A DNA stretch of 63,234 nt, filler included, from Platydemus manokwari (Eukaryota): assembly GCA_037951405.1 (NCBI GenBank). It is 5 parts of 5 records of this genome, joined end to end, with 100 filler letters (N's around TTAATTAATTAA, not from the genome) between each part and the next. Parts side by side here need not be neighbours in the genome. Positions count along the whole stretch, not along the records: positions 1 to 9,489 come from JBBMOY011241763.1; positions 9,590 to 23,115 come from JBBMOY011696955.1; 3 more parts are not named here. One strand, 5' to 3'. A program made the translations under genes and the position numbers. Below are positions 1 through 13,510 of this stretch, one piece after another; within the stretch, counting starts at the first letter, position 1, and each line of letters starts with the position of its first letter. The notes under the pieces were generated by a model. That model saw nothing but the letters and a program-made list of their open reading frames with translations, was not told the origin of the DNA and did no database searches.

Positions 1-160
1 TCTTCTATGTTAATTATTTTTCTATTCATCCTCATTCTAATTATAAATAAATACTATTAAGAAAGTTCTGTTGCATGAGACAATCAGAATTTGTCTACGA
101 CTAATTGAAAAATTAATTTCAATACAAAGCATTTATGATGGAATGAAAAATAAATATTTA

Positions 161-193
<33 letters not shown>

Positions 194-333
194 TCTTAGC
201 TACTTTTTTCCTCGATGATAAATCGAGCATTTGTTTATAATTTATTTAATTTTCTAAATTTATTCAATTAATAAAATTATAAAATGAATTTTTAATTGAT
301 AAATTATTCGTTAAGTTGTTGTTATTTTTCCAG

Positions 334-3300
334 ATATTTGTGACAAAGATACCACTCAATTGTTGAAAACGGTTTTGGATTCTTTACGAGATATCATGGC
401 TATGAAAAATATAGACCTTTTCCCTGAAATCTCATCTAAATGTTCCCCGATCTCAAAATCTTGTTCCGATCAAATCAAGTCAAGAGCATTGTTGATTCCA
501 ATTTCCAATGATGGAAGTTGTCGTGATCAATCCACTGTAGCTCGGATGATATATCGTAATTGTGATATTGGATCTAGTTAGTTTATTTTTATATTATTAG
601 TAATAATAATAATTAATTGTTATTTTATAATAATTATTATCAATATTATTATTAATTATAAGTAGTATATTGATATCTTAAAATTTTATTGTGTGAATTC
701 AAATTTCTTAAAATTTTCTTTTAGAGAATCACTATTTTATTAATCAATAAATTGTTATTTAATCTAGAAATGAAATGATTTCATCTGTTTTTATATTACA
801 TCGATATTATTCTACCAGTATTCCTCTATGACCCATTTTAATATTTTAACCTGACATTGCTTATAATTTAGTCGTTTCAATTAGGATTTTATGGCAGTTA
901 ATGACATATTTATGGAATTAATTAATGTTTATTCGTATAACTTTGGTATTGAATAGATTAAACCTGGAAAACAATTTACCTAAACCCAGTCATTCGAATG
1001 ATTGGGTTAATTTAGCATTATAGATTTTTAATTAAAAAGTAATCAATATAATATCACAGTGTATTGGGTAGATCTTTGAGATCACGGACTCTCTTTTATT
1101 AAAATTAAAATTGCTTGCATCCTCTAAATATTTACTCTATTGATTTTATAAACATTATCGAATAAAGAAAGATAAAGACAATTGTAATATATCCCGTTTA
1201 CCTCATATAACTAATTTACTCTGGACATTTGAATTTGTTGAATTTTTTCCATGCTCGTATAATCTTTTCTCTGTGTATTCCATCCAACATGATATTATTT
1301 TTTATCATTAATAAAGTTATCGTAACCTGCACTTCGATACAAAAGTCACAATGACTACTTTCAAATTGAAAGCATAAAAAATGTTCGAAAAAACGAAGCT
1401 TATTTTTGAAAGATATTTTTGTTTGGCTTTGTGTCTCGCTTGTTGAATCGATTTAATAAATAAATCAAATTATATAACTGATTTTTAAATAACGAAAACA
1501 CAAATATTTTTAACTGATATTTATTTATAATTTTATGATAATCCATCATCTGTATCGAAATTATGATAATTACCATAATGATTTTGTTTTAGTGTTTTTT
1601 TTATTTAAAAATAATTGAGCCCGAAATACCTTCTAATGACGAATATATTTCTTTAGGTCAAGATAATGATTGTATTGTCACCGGTTGTAAATTTGTTTCA
1701 TCACGGCATGCTTCAATAGGCTACCTTGACAATCATTTCTCATTTGAACTTGTTAATTACAGTCGATATGGTACAATGGTCGATGATTTACTGTATTATA
1801 ACGACGTGTCAGATAAAGAGAGTCATAAAGTTTGTCAACCTAATCAGAATATTAAAGATTTGAGGAACTTTCTTGGCACGAATGAGAAATCAGCGAGATT
1901 CACCCGAAGAGTTGTTCAAAATTCAATGAGATCTAAGCGTGATGTGGTAAATTTATGATTGAATTATCAGTTTTTATATAATATGTACTGATTTGGAGGG
2001 AGCAAATCAATAATTTATAGCTTATATTTATGTCCCAATAGATAATTTTTTAATAGTTTAGGGTTTAAGATGCTTTAACCAGTAGTTAAGGTTTTAAGGA
2101 TAGTAATCGGTAAACTTGCTTCATTTAGCGATTATTTAATAAGTAGAAAATCTATGAATCTCATCAACAAGTGAAGTGTTCAGCATAATTTTCATTGCAA
2201 ACAATATTTATTATAATAGTAAAACAATAAAAATTATTGAAATATTGGATAACCATTACAGAGATTTAAGCTAAAAAATGTTTTATATATCAATTGATTT
2301 ATTTCTGTTATTCTGTAAAATAAATGGTTTTCTACACTTGATCTGGATTACAACGATAAATAAACTGATAATTAATCCATGGCATTTATCATTAATAAAA
2401 CCCAAATATTACCCAATAACTGTTTACTGACGAATTTATAGGAAAATTAATTTTGTATTTTTATTAACATTTCTAATAAAATTTTTCTGATATGGCATCA
2501 GCAATTTTTGATTCGCATTTAAAGGATTAAAATTACAGATAAATCCTCACTAATTATTATTATTTTTGTTTAAATAAATTGATTTTTCCCTTTTTATGAC
2601 AATAACATAATTTTTTTCTGCCTCATCATTAAGTCTGAATGTATAATTGTTTTATGTAATATTTGATAATTTCCCTTAAACGGAGCCCATAAAGCAAATG
2701 TCAATGAAATATTAGAATCTCGTAGACAAAAATCATAATTTCAAATAGCATATTATTGTTGCCATAAATCCAGTTTTATGGGGGAAAATTTACAATTATG
2801 TTCACGTAGCTAAAATTGAGAGAAAAAATTGGTTTTTCAATTTTTATGACAGACATTAATAGTAAAGAAACAATTCGTTTTCCTTTTCCTTATTTTGGCA
2901 TAGCAAAAGTGAATATGCGTTTAGCTACTTAATAATAATAGTAGAGTGGTGCATTATGGATTTATTGTTATGCCACTATGTGTCTGACATCGTTTATTGT
3001 ATTGATATAATTTGCCAGCTATTATATAATAATAATTTTTCAATATTTGAGCTTATTTTATCAAGTTATTATTATTATTTATACAGGTTTAAAATTATTC
3101 TACATAATATTTATCTGTTTATCGATATTATGAAGGAATAAAGTTTTTAGATTGAGCTACAATGTCTAGCACATGAAGTTGTAGTTGAAATTCAATAATA
3201 TATATCTCAGTATTTTAAAATCTGTGCAATAAAAGAATAAGGTTTTCTTTGTTAGAAAAAATCACAAATTCTTGATTATTATTTTTTCTGAGATATTAAA

Positions 3301-4264
3301 AAATCATTGTTTATGGCTTACTGCAGTGATACTGGTTTGCAATAACTGTAAGCTTTTGAATTCGAATTCTATGATATCATCGCAATATTGGGATTTATAT
3401 TGTAAAGTTTAGAAATATGATAAAACACTCATAATCTGGAATTTGAAAGTTACGTGGGTCGAAAGGACCATCTATTTGTTGTATTCATTGTTAATATGGT
3501 GTTTAATTTTTTTGTGTCGTACAAGAGCATTAAAATTATTATATAAATTGAATTTTTTTTAATTGATATTACTTATAGCTTTCAAAATCTGATAAAATAT
3601 TATTTTTTCATATCATCATATACCATAAACCTCATGAAAACACTCACCAAATCGGGTTGATAAAAAATAAATTGATTTTCAGTTAATATTTAATACGGTT
3701 AATGAACTTGCATTATTTTCGATTTGATTTTGTTACCAAATCGATACTTTCTTAATAAAATTGATTATAATACACTGGGCAAATTTTCAGGATAAAAAAA
3801 TCATGAGCTGCACTTGTACAGAATACGGTTATACCAACCCTGCTTTCAATAATTGTATGGATCAGGGCTGGGAGTCAACAGCTCCGCTTAAATTCGGTTC
3901 CATCATTCGAATTGGTTGTCAAACATTTCTTTTCACTAAAGTAAATCACAGCATCCAACCGGAATCAATAGATTTGGCACCATCCCACCCTTCGTCAATT
4001 TCTAGTGATTCAAATGATATCAAACCACCGAATCCAGAGAATATAATTCCTTCAAAATCACCAGCAATTGATGGATCGAATAATAAAAAAATTATCCCAA
4101 CTACAAACGCATCAGAAGACTCAAGCGATGATCACGAAGACTCGAAAAAAACCTCCACGCCAACTATAACGTTTCCAACGAATCCTACTCCTCCTCTTTC
4201 TCATCCTCATTCTGCTACATCGAAGCAGGATAAAGATAATCAAAACCAACCGGAAATCTTGTGA
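334..4264 (+). CDS. PHF12: PHD finger protein 12 homolog, last three exons (334-576, 1657-1946, 3791-4264) encoding the C-terminal FHA-like domain and a Ser/Pro-rich tail; 5' exons lie outside the window
   Basis: Phase-consistent GT-AG splicing gives ...QIKSRALLIPIS...RMIYRNCDIGS/SQDNDCIVTGCKFVSSRHASIGY...FELVNYSRYGTMVDDLLYYNDVSD.../DKKIMSCTC...QGWESTAPLKFGSIIRIGCQTFLF. This matches the recalled PHF12 C-terminal pattern ([70 protein letters not shown]). Confidence 0.85.
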
Positions 4265-5507
4265 ATTACAAATATCTCAAACACAAAAAACTACAACAAA
4301 TCATCATTGAGAGAGCAGCTATTCTAAAAATAAATTTTTATTCATCAACATATATTTAATTTCATTAATTTGATAATAAAAATAATATTAATATTAATAA
4401 TAATAATAATAATTTATGTGTTTACATATTTGATATTCTCAATATCCCTCACTGTACATAACCACAGCCATTATTATTATTAAATCTGGAAATTATATTG
4501 TGGTATGCTTGTGTATTGGCAAACCTTGTAAATTGTACTTATAATTCTCATGATTAATTATTATAATTATTATAATTATTATTTAATAATAATTATTATT
4601 TTTGTGATTATTTGAGATTTTACCAATCAAATGAGAATAAACCAGATCAGATATCGATCGATATTAATAATAATCTGTATTTGTAACGTGTATATGAAAT
4701 GTTTTTTTTTCTGATCTATCTCTTTTGGTCTCGTTTGTAATTGATTTATCTGGTCGCTAGAAATTATCTTTGTAAAAATATTTTTCAATGGTGAAATAAT
4801 TGATATCTCTATCTATATACATATAAATATTTTTTGTGTGTGTAAAAAGAATTTTTGGTTTGTTTTTCCGATTGTAAAATGTTATACAAAAATAATAATT
4901 ATTAATGTTACGAATTGAAATACAATTAAATTGAGAATTATTTTTTTTTGTTTTTTTTGTCGTTACAATTAAAATGAAATCGAGGTGGGGTAAATAATTG
5001 GAATTTAATAAGATAATTGATTCGTTAGTCTAGCTGAAGACAAAATTATAATGCAGTCGTGATGGCTGTCCATTAACAAGCTTTCTATTTTGCTTTTCTT
5101 TTGGAAATTATTGGTCAAGACGATATGATAATTTTTAATAATTTTTTTAATAAAATTATTTGATTTCCGATTCCACATGAAAATTGATTAATTCAGTCGT
5201 CTATATTAATCAAAGATTTTTGAATAACTTCATTGCTCTTAATCAAGAACTTTTAGCACATTTATCATGAATTTGAAACATAAATTGTAGGACAATGTTT
5301 ATAGCATTTAATGATATGTATCCGTTAGAATATGCGATAAATATTTCTATAATTTGTTGCTTTTCTGAGCGTCTAGAATTAAAAAATTGAATTAAAATCC
5401 TGTTGAAGTTAGAAAATGTGAAAATAATGTCAAAAATCATGAAATGAAAAATATGAATCACAGACACAAGGTTATTCAGATTTTGTTTTGCAATACATTG
5501 TAGAATA

Positions 5508-5560
5508 TACAGGGTGTCCCGCAAGAAATCACTACAGGAATTCATTGAATATTTCAAAAC
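5508..5560 (+). mobile_element. Possible Tc1/mariner-superfamily terminal inverted repeat (single end)
   Basis: TA followed by CAGGGTGTCCC, a common Tc1/mariner terminus; no clean partner end found. Confidence 0.3.
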
Positions 5561-8500
5561 AGTATTCATTCCCACTAAATTAAAAAATTCAAATTATTTT
5601 AATTATCGAATGTTTTATTGGCGCCCGTCAAATAACTAAAGAGCTCTCTTTCATTATTTAGAATTTGTTATGCACTCCATGATGTTGATTAACGAGTGTG
5701 TAGAAAAGTGTGTATTCACAGAAAATGGTGTATATTTTCGAAATTTCACAATGTGACACTGTTTACATGATATACATAATTTATTATTTCTCTCTGGCCC
5801 GATTATTATTTCAGATGGCAACTCGTAACTTACTTCGACAATGAAGAATATTTTTAAAGTTCATTACTTTTCTTTTGTATTTAGTTGGTGAGTATTGAAA
5901 TTAATAACTCACATAAGTCATAGACACTTGTTGCATAATTTGTGTTGCTCTTATAATAGTTTTGAATAATCATCTCTCACTGAAATTAAAATGTAATGTT
6001 ATTCTTTCCTTCGCATTTCACATGCAGTTATATTACTCTTAATTTATAAACGGTAAATGTACTGTATTTTAATACATGGATGGCATAGTGATTATATTCG
6101 GACAATAAATAGTAAAATCATAACGATGCTAGTTTTTCTTTCAGATTTCGTAACCAATAATTTGTGGAACATATTTTTGTGTCCCAAACTTATTCCTACG
6201 TCTCTATACCATATATATAAAGAAGATCGTAAGACACCAAATAAAATTCATTACAAAATAAAACATAATTTCAACAAAAATATAAATGAATAATTTTATT
6301 AAAAAATAAAGGTAAATTTATAATTAAGATTATTAAATTATTTTTTGCTGTCACTGAATCATTGTAAATGACCTCTACATTGAGACTTTCATTTGCAGAT
6401 ACTAGCTCAGAGTTAAATGGATTGTATGAGTGGATGTATTATCTGATTGGATAGAAAATATCGAATAAAAAATTACCAATTTTTAGTAGAATTTTGCTTT
6501 TAACTTTTAATGGAATCGACAAGATTTATAATCTTTAATGTTTATTATAAGAATATGAAAACGTGATTTCGATAATTCCAATAGTTGTAAAAATTTCGAT
6601 TTTTATAATTATAAAAATTTATTAGCTATGACATGATTTTATTCAATTAAATTTAAAATGGATGTCAGAAAATAAAATTTCCTGATTAATTTCAAACTAC
6701 CAAAGATCTGTTGGAAAAACTCACTGAAGTAATCTGTGAGTATTTCAAATATAGATTGGTTTTTTTAGTCATTTCTACTTATAACTGTCGGATAATACAT
6801 TCAATAGATCGTCTGATAATTATCTCATAATTGGATTCGAACCCATATCGACTTAATTCACATTCATCTATAATGCCCATTATAATATTTATTTTCGAAA
6901 TAAAAGATTGCGCACACTAAAATTTTTAATTCATTGAAATATGATTGGTTTGAAATTGTGGGGATCTGTTAATCGGTTTGATGGCAGTCTAAGTCTAATA
7001 TTCTTCTCTGATGGCTACGCACCTCACATACGCTAATTGTTTTTAATTTGTGATACTGCCTTTACAATCAGTGAGATCGAAAATCGATGACATCATCACT
7101 TTGCTGATGATGCCACAATCATTATGAATGTTTGATTATTTTTGGATTTTGGCTTTATATCAGCACATTCATTACAGAATTCTTAAATGAAATAATAGTT
7201 CATCTCGAATAAAAGAGAAAATTGATGAAAACTGATCCGACGGAAAATTTTAGAGATGTTTATGCAAGTTTTTATCGATCAAATTTTATTAATGACAAAT
7301 GCTACTATTTTATAAAGAACGTTTTTAAAATGACCCGAAAGTTATGACATCAAACCATATTTAAACTCGATTTGTTTAAATAAATTGATGTTTTATAAAA
7401 ATCTGGTTTTAAAATCTTTCTAATATCATTCATTTGAAAATCCTCACAATTGATACTGAAATTTTTTTGCTGTTTCATTTCACCAATTTCTAACCCGAAA
7501 TTTATTTGAATTTTTATTGTTTTTTTATGCAAAAATCAAAATTATTTTATGATTTATTTTCAAAACAAAAATAAAAGAAAATTTCCAAAAAAATTAAGAA
7601 TTATCATCATTCTATAATAAATATCAAAATTGGTATTTTTATCAAAAGCAAAGCATCAGCTGACGACTGCAATCGTTTTTGATCTTGGCCTGACTTCTAA
7701 TTTTGTCAATAATTATGGCAATTCCATAAAATCGAATATTGATGTCGGCTTTTCAAAACAAAACACAACAGCAACAACAACAACTGAAATTTCTCTATTA
7801 GATAACAACAAAATAGAAAGCGAAATAATTCATTTCAACGTGCAATATAATCAATGGTAAAAAAATACGATTTCGGAAAGTCACCACTTGTAATTATTGG
7901 AAATACGAAAATCAATATTTCTCTATATTTTAGAATCGAAATTAATGTTTCAGAGATTTATTATGGACTAAAGACTACTGAAAAATAATCCATCAGGTAA
8001 AGTGATCTCCCATGTGACAGTAGTGGGATTAAATTCATTAAAAGATTAAGTTCTTTAAAAATTTAGGATAATACACATAAATATAGAGAATTATGAAATA
8101 CATTAGAGTGACTATTTTCTCAGTAAATCATTACATTGCTCCATAAATACCATTGTTGTTGTCGCTGTCAGTAATTATATTTTACAAATTATTAGAAATC
8201 GTTTCAGTAAAATATTCAAAAATGTTAGGATACGTAAATTGATTTATTAACTTATTATAATGAAACAGTTAATTATGTTTAAGGAATTTAAATAAATCAT
8301 ATTTAATGTTAATAATAATGCTAATAATAATATTATAATTATTATTAATGATACTATTTCCAATCCTCTCGGGTAATATTTTAATAGCAGCTTAATTGAA
8401 ATTGTGATATCTGGTTTGACGGTAATAATGTTTTATAAATTATTTCAGGTTAACATTTTTAGTTTGTTTCGGATCTTGTTGATAATCTTAATCAAAGTAT

Positions 8501-9489
8501 TGTAATCCAAGATTTAATATTATTTGACCGATTACAAGCTGATATGTTTCAGCAACTATGTTAATGAAATGTTCCTTTTTAAAATCTTCACGATTCTAAT
8601 GAGGCATATAGAAGGCCAAAATAGGATTGTCAATGACAAATTCCAAAATCTCGAAGAGTTAATTACTATTTTATATTGATTAAATTAACTTTAGTCTTAC
8701 TGAATAAAAGCCTTCAGGATTGCAAAATAGTGTACATCACCGTTACGTTGTTATTGTACATATGATGTTGTTTCGTTTTACAAAAATGAGCAGATTCCGA
8801 GTCAGTAATTTAATTTTATATGGGATTTTCCAGTGCTTTTAAACAATGAATTTGTTTTAAACGGGTGTCGAACTTTGTAACCAGATCTTGGAAATTGTTA
8901 ATACAAATACTTTAGTATCCAACATAAGTAGATAAGAAGTAAACAAGAAATCAGATATGGTCAAGAACAATCCGTATCAAGGTTATCAGTGACTATTGGT
9001 TCAAGCAATCGAAATGGAGCTCATCAGTTATTTATATTTAATGTTTCTTGAATAGTTATTCAAGTTTAGACATTCGATTTAGGTTAAATGTCTCAATTTT
9101 AGTCAATGAATTTCAAACTCTCCTTCATTTTTTATTCAAATTACTTGTCGTATTTTTCTTTGCTCTTCTTGTTTCACTTAATCGATCCATAGATTAAGTT
9201 TGAGCAGTTTAATTTCAAAGATGATTCGGAGATATTAAAATTTTTGAATTTCAGATCAATTTAACGTTCTAAATAAGCAACAGCTCGATGAAAGAAAATT
9301 TGAAACATCAGTGTCGATAGTCTTCACCAAAAGTTAAATTCTTTGGGTTTTAAGCCATTTATTAGCTTTATGGTTTGTTTAAATAAAGTATTTTTTTGTA
9401 ATAATAATAATCCTGTGAGAGATGTCAGAAAAATAATTATAATTTTTATCCTAATTTTAAATAAGGGACCGATATGGTTTCTAATATAA

Positions 9490-9589
9490 NNNNNNNNNNN
9501 NNNNNNNNNNNNNNNNNNNNNNNNNNNNNNNNNTTAATTAATTAANNNNNNNNNNNNNNNNNNNNNNNNNNNNNNNNNNNNNNNNNNNN
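9490..9589. other. Artificial contig spacer (N44-TTAATTAATTAA-N44)
   Basis: Exactly 100 bp with a central palindromic six-frame stop linker; identical at four positions. Confidence 0.97.
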
Positions 9590-10152
9590 ATAATTAATCA
9601 GTTATACTAATAATTCAACAATAATAATTGGGAAAACGCCTTAATGTATACTAATTAAGACCGGGTTAAACATCTTGTCGACCAGTATACATGCTTTGTA
9701 AAATAGTATCAACTTATATTTGTATTCGATTTAAAAGTCTATGATACAAGAGTACAGCGGTGTAAAGGGAAGATTTAGAGAAGATATAGAAGAGATGTAA
9801 AGAAAATATAGAGAAGTTATAGAGAAGATATAGAGAAAATATAAATAAAATGTAAAGAAGATATAAAATAAATGCAAAAGAAATAGAAATTATAATTAAA
9901 ATGGATATTTAGAGAATTTGATCCCGGGAAAATTTGGAATACATAGGAAATCAAAGATTTCAGAGAAAGAAGGATGGAAGGATTTTAAAATTTGAATTCA
10001 AAAAATTTGTAAATTAATATGGAAAAACATTTATTTCAATAATTATATTATAAATTATATATAAATTATATTATAAATTATAAATTATATTTAATTTTGT
10101 GAATTTTTCAGTTGTTTTGAATGAATTCTTTATAAAACAGTAGTGTTTAACA
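9590..10152 (+). mobile_element. Decayed TRIM-like miniature LTR element
   Basis: LTR-like end ...CGGGTTAAACA (9672), PBS-like TTGTCGACCAGT, GAAGATATAGA-rich interior, polypurine tract 9961-9982, then an AT-rich block ending ...TAGTGTTTAACA that resembles the LTR ends at 61242 and 61654. Confidence 0.4.
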
Positions 10153-12070
10153 ATCAATCCATCAATATTTTACGTTTATATTGTACTGTTTTTAGTCTTT
10201 TATGTCTTGGTTAAAGCGTACGCGCTGTGTCTCCTATCCAACAAGGCCACCATTCAAATCAAGAATTCAATACCGGTATTATATAAGCCGGTATTATATA
10301 AGTTTGTTTTTAACTTTTGGGCGCTGATCCCATCTTGAATGCTTTTCGTAGAAATTTGTTATTGTTATTATTGAGACTTTGAGTGTGATATTTAGTTAAT
10401 ACAGATTTTCGGATTTAAATTGTTGTTTGATAACGCAACAGTTATGAAAACTTTGTATTTTAATATTTTGAAAATTTCTAATGAAATAATTCTTCGTCAT
10501 TGCGAGGATTTAAAATGGATTGAAATTCTATTTTTATAAAATAAGAATTTGTTGTAATCGTGACATTTCAGTCCGTTTTCCTGAACACAATCATAAATAT
10601 TAAATAATTATCAAAAAAATCTGCTCATAAAGACCAACAACCGAAAGTAAGTCTTAAAGTATTGATTTTTATTAACATGATTCTTCTGGTCTTGAATATA
10701 ACAGTTGAAGACCTTGATGATTCCACATCTTTTCAACTCATCAACGAAATTTCTTTAATAATTATTATAATATATTGATTGAGTTATTTATTATTACCTG
10801 TTACCATGTTTGGTGGTTCTGTGGAAATGAATTTATTTGATTAAAGAATTGGTATTTTTGTTTTGAAATATCAGATGCACGATTTCTATTTTATATAGCT
10901 CAGTGTTGTCTCATTTTTTATTTTTGTTTTTGTTTTGTACATTATAATTCCGGTAATGGTAGTAAAAAATTTATAATTAAAGGTTGAAACACTCATTACC
11001 ATGAAATTATTAATGTGAAATTGTAATAACGAACCGGAAATATATTGCAGATTATTGTTTCTGTCAACGTATGAACACATTTTCACAGAATTATTATTGG
11101 CGAGTTGTATGTATTTATGGAGAAATATTATATATAAGGAGAAGTGGAATCGGATGAAGATTTATCGTATGAATGAAAATAACTACTTACAGATTTTTAT
11201 AATAATAAAATAATAATGAAAACATATAGATCGATAAAGGTGAGCTATTATGCTCAATTGGGATTTATGATTAAACCATATAATTTTCTGAAAAATTATT
11301 GGGTCTTTATCAAATCTGATCTCTATTTAGTTGTGGTATTATTATTATTTACTGTACCCTGTCAAGGTATCGATATCACTTTTGGAATCAATGTTATCGG
11401 TAAGTTAATTACCGATATCTTGTGGTGTATTTTGAGCTGTTTTTTGAATTAATTTTTGTAAACTAATTTGAGAGATTAAGGCAATAATATGTTGTAATCT
11501 CTAAACATTATCTATTTATAAATAAATAATTATCAAAATATTTGTACTCGCGATGATAAATTCAGGATTGTAATAAATTTGCTAAACAGATAAAGATATC
11601 CATAACATGTTTCACAGCCAACCAGCCAAATGAGTTCATGTAAATTCCTAAAGTCCGTGTCGAAGAGTGAAGAGATAAATTAATGCTAGGACAGAATAAA
11701 AAAGAGATTTAAACTCTTTGTAAAGTTAAGAATAAAATAGAAATACTACTCACAAATTTTCGGTGTAAGAGTAGTCGCATGGCCGAAAAAAACATTCGCA
11801 AATATTTTATTCACAAAAAACTATGTCTAATTTTGATTGATAAACTGTTAATGCAAGAAATTCAGCTGCTTTGAAATTCTTGTTAGTGATTAAAATTACT
11901 CTGATCTACTTTGATTAATTCAAGGTGCAAAATTATAACTTTTACATCCGCGTCCTACTCATTGTAAGTGTTTCTTGATCCTTGTCACCTTAACTTGTTT
12001 GGACTCTATTTTCTTTACTTTTTTTCCTGCTTCATTGTCAATTCTTCCTCATCCTTTGGTTCATCTAGAT

Positions 12071-12158
12071 CAGAGGTGGCTAACTTTTGTTTACGTAAGA
12101 TCGACTTTTCATTTGAATAACATCTCAGGCTTCAAGATCGACCGGTTGGCCACCCCTG
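12071..12158. mobile_element. 88-bp hAT-family MITE
   Basis: TIRs CAGAGGTGGCTAAC / GTTGGCCACCCCTG, degenerate 8-bp TSD ATCTAGAT / ACCTCGAT, internal repeated AAGATCGAC. Confidence 0.75.
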
Positions 12159-12439
12159 ACCTCGATGATCCTTAATATCCCTTCTCGGTATTATTCTGTA
12201 CATTACTTATTACTAAAAGTGATAAATTTATTCAGTATAAGACATTCTTCTATCTCCATTGTTCTTAGGAATCGACTTTTATAGATGTGACCAATCAATT
12301 TGTAAATAAGAAAGTAGTTACGCTTTATTTGCACAATCAAGCTAACATTAAATTTCTACATGTCCAAGTTAGCTAATTTTAACTAAATATGCCTTTCTCT
12401 TCAGTAAATCATAATTAATTTTCTCTATTTATATGGAAT

Positions 12440-13250
12440 GATATTTCCTACTAAAATGCTGGGCTATTTTAATATCCTACATTGCGATGTTCTTTTGTTC
12501 TTCTACAAATATCATATCCAGTTTGAATAGTTTATAATCTTGAAAATGAGTTGAGTCAATATTTGGAAAGATCTTGTAAAACATTATCTAAGCATTTTGT
12601 GGGATTCCTGGTTTTTTGGATTCTACCATTGCGTGCCCTTCATGAAGAAGCTAACGGTTGTGTGGAGTTTCTTTGCAGCGCATTTAACATTCCAGAGCAC
12701 CTTTTCTTATTTTCGTACAACTGGAAGCCAATGTCATTGTATAGAGCTTGTGAGAGTTGAATAAGTTTTCCATTTATTCGATATTACTTCTTATAAATCC
12801 TATGTAGAATTAACAAGTGCACGTCCGTGTAGAGAACATCTTTCTGGTCGATATTATTCCTACTAGACAAGGTAGGGTCTTTCTTGTTTATATCATTTAT
12901 TGTCTTCTGCTCAAGCAGAAGATGGGTCCTCTTTTTACGAAGTGCTTTAATGAGTTAGCAAGTCAATTTCTTCCTCCTTTTTCATTTCAAAATGAGATTC
13001 AAGATTAGTTTTTGTAGGCTACTAATTAGCTTTAGTAAACCGGTTCACCACTTCAAAAATAGAAAGGTTGCGCTATTGACGGGCTTCCTTAATTTGAAAT
13101 TAGCTTTTGCTCTTTCCTCTTTATTGGCCACTCTCTCGAAATATGGATCAACCTTCATTGTGTTTACTTGTATATTCATTACTAATCTACAAAGCTTTTC
13201 ACAGTTATTGCTGATCGATTTCTGTTCAAGACTTCTTTACAAATTTTAAT
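12440..13250 (-). mobile_element. Possible highly decayed non-LTR retrotransposon remnant
   Basis: A-rich minus strand with interrupted frames and faint RT-like fragments (VLYTDV, YNDIGFQL); no intact motif. Confidence 0.25.
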
Positions 13251-13290
13251 GTTATCTTTATGGTAATTGTTTTATATCTCATTTTATATC

Positions 13291-13347
13291 TAGTTGATGT
13301 ATAAGTTAGTGCGGTTTTTACAATTATAAGAACCGCATATTTATCAA
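13291..13347. mobile_element. Miniature mariner derivative (two head-to-head TIR remnants)
   Basis: TAGTTGATGTATAAGTTAGTGCGGTTTTTACAATTATAA resembles the mariner TIR at 13512 and is followed by its partial reverse complement GAACCGCATATTTATCAA. Confidence 0.55.
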
Positions 13348-13510
13348 GAATGAAAACCATGCAAAAAATTGATAAAAACCCAATTTTAATATTATATGTA
13401 CGGTATGGTTCATCTTAATTTATTATTTAGTCAATACAGTTATTTAATATTGCTTAATAAAGTTGTTTGTTTTAAATAATTATGTTTTCTACATTTTAAA
13501 TTCCATAATT

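Noticed and set aside
7630-8000. 76-aa ORF with an apparent donor and downstream acceptor
   Set aside because: Splicing yields TGA at the junction; no recognisable domain.
10600-11200. Exon-like minus-strand segments with short GT-AG gaps
   Set aside because: The joins I tried create stop codons and no homology is recognisable.
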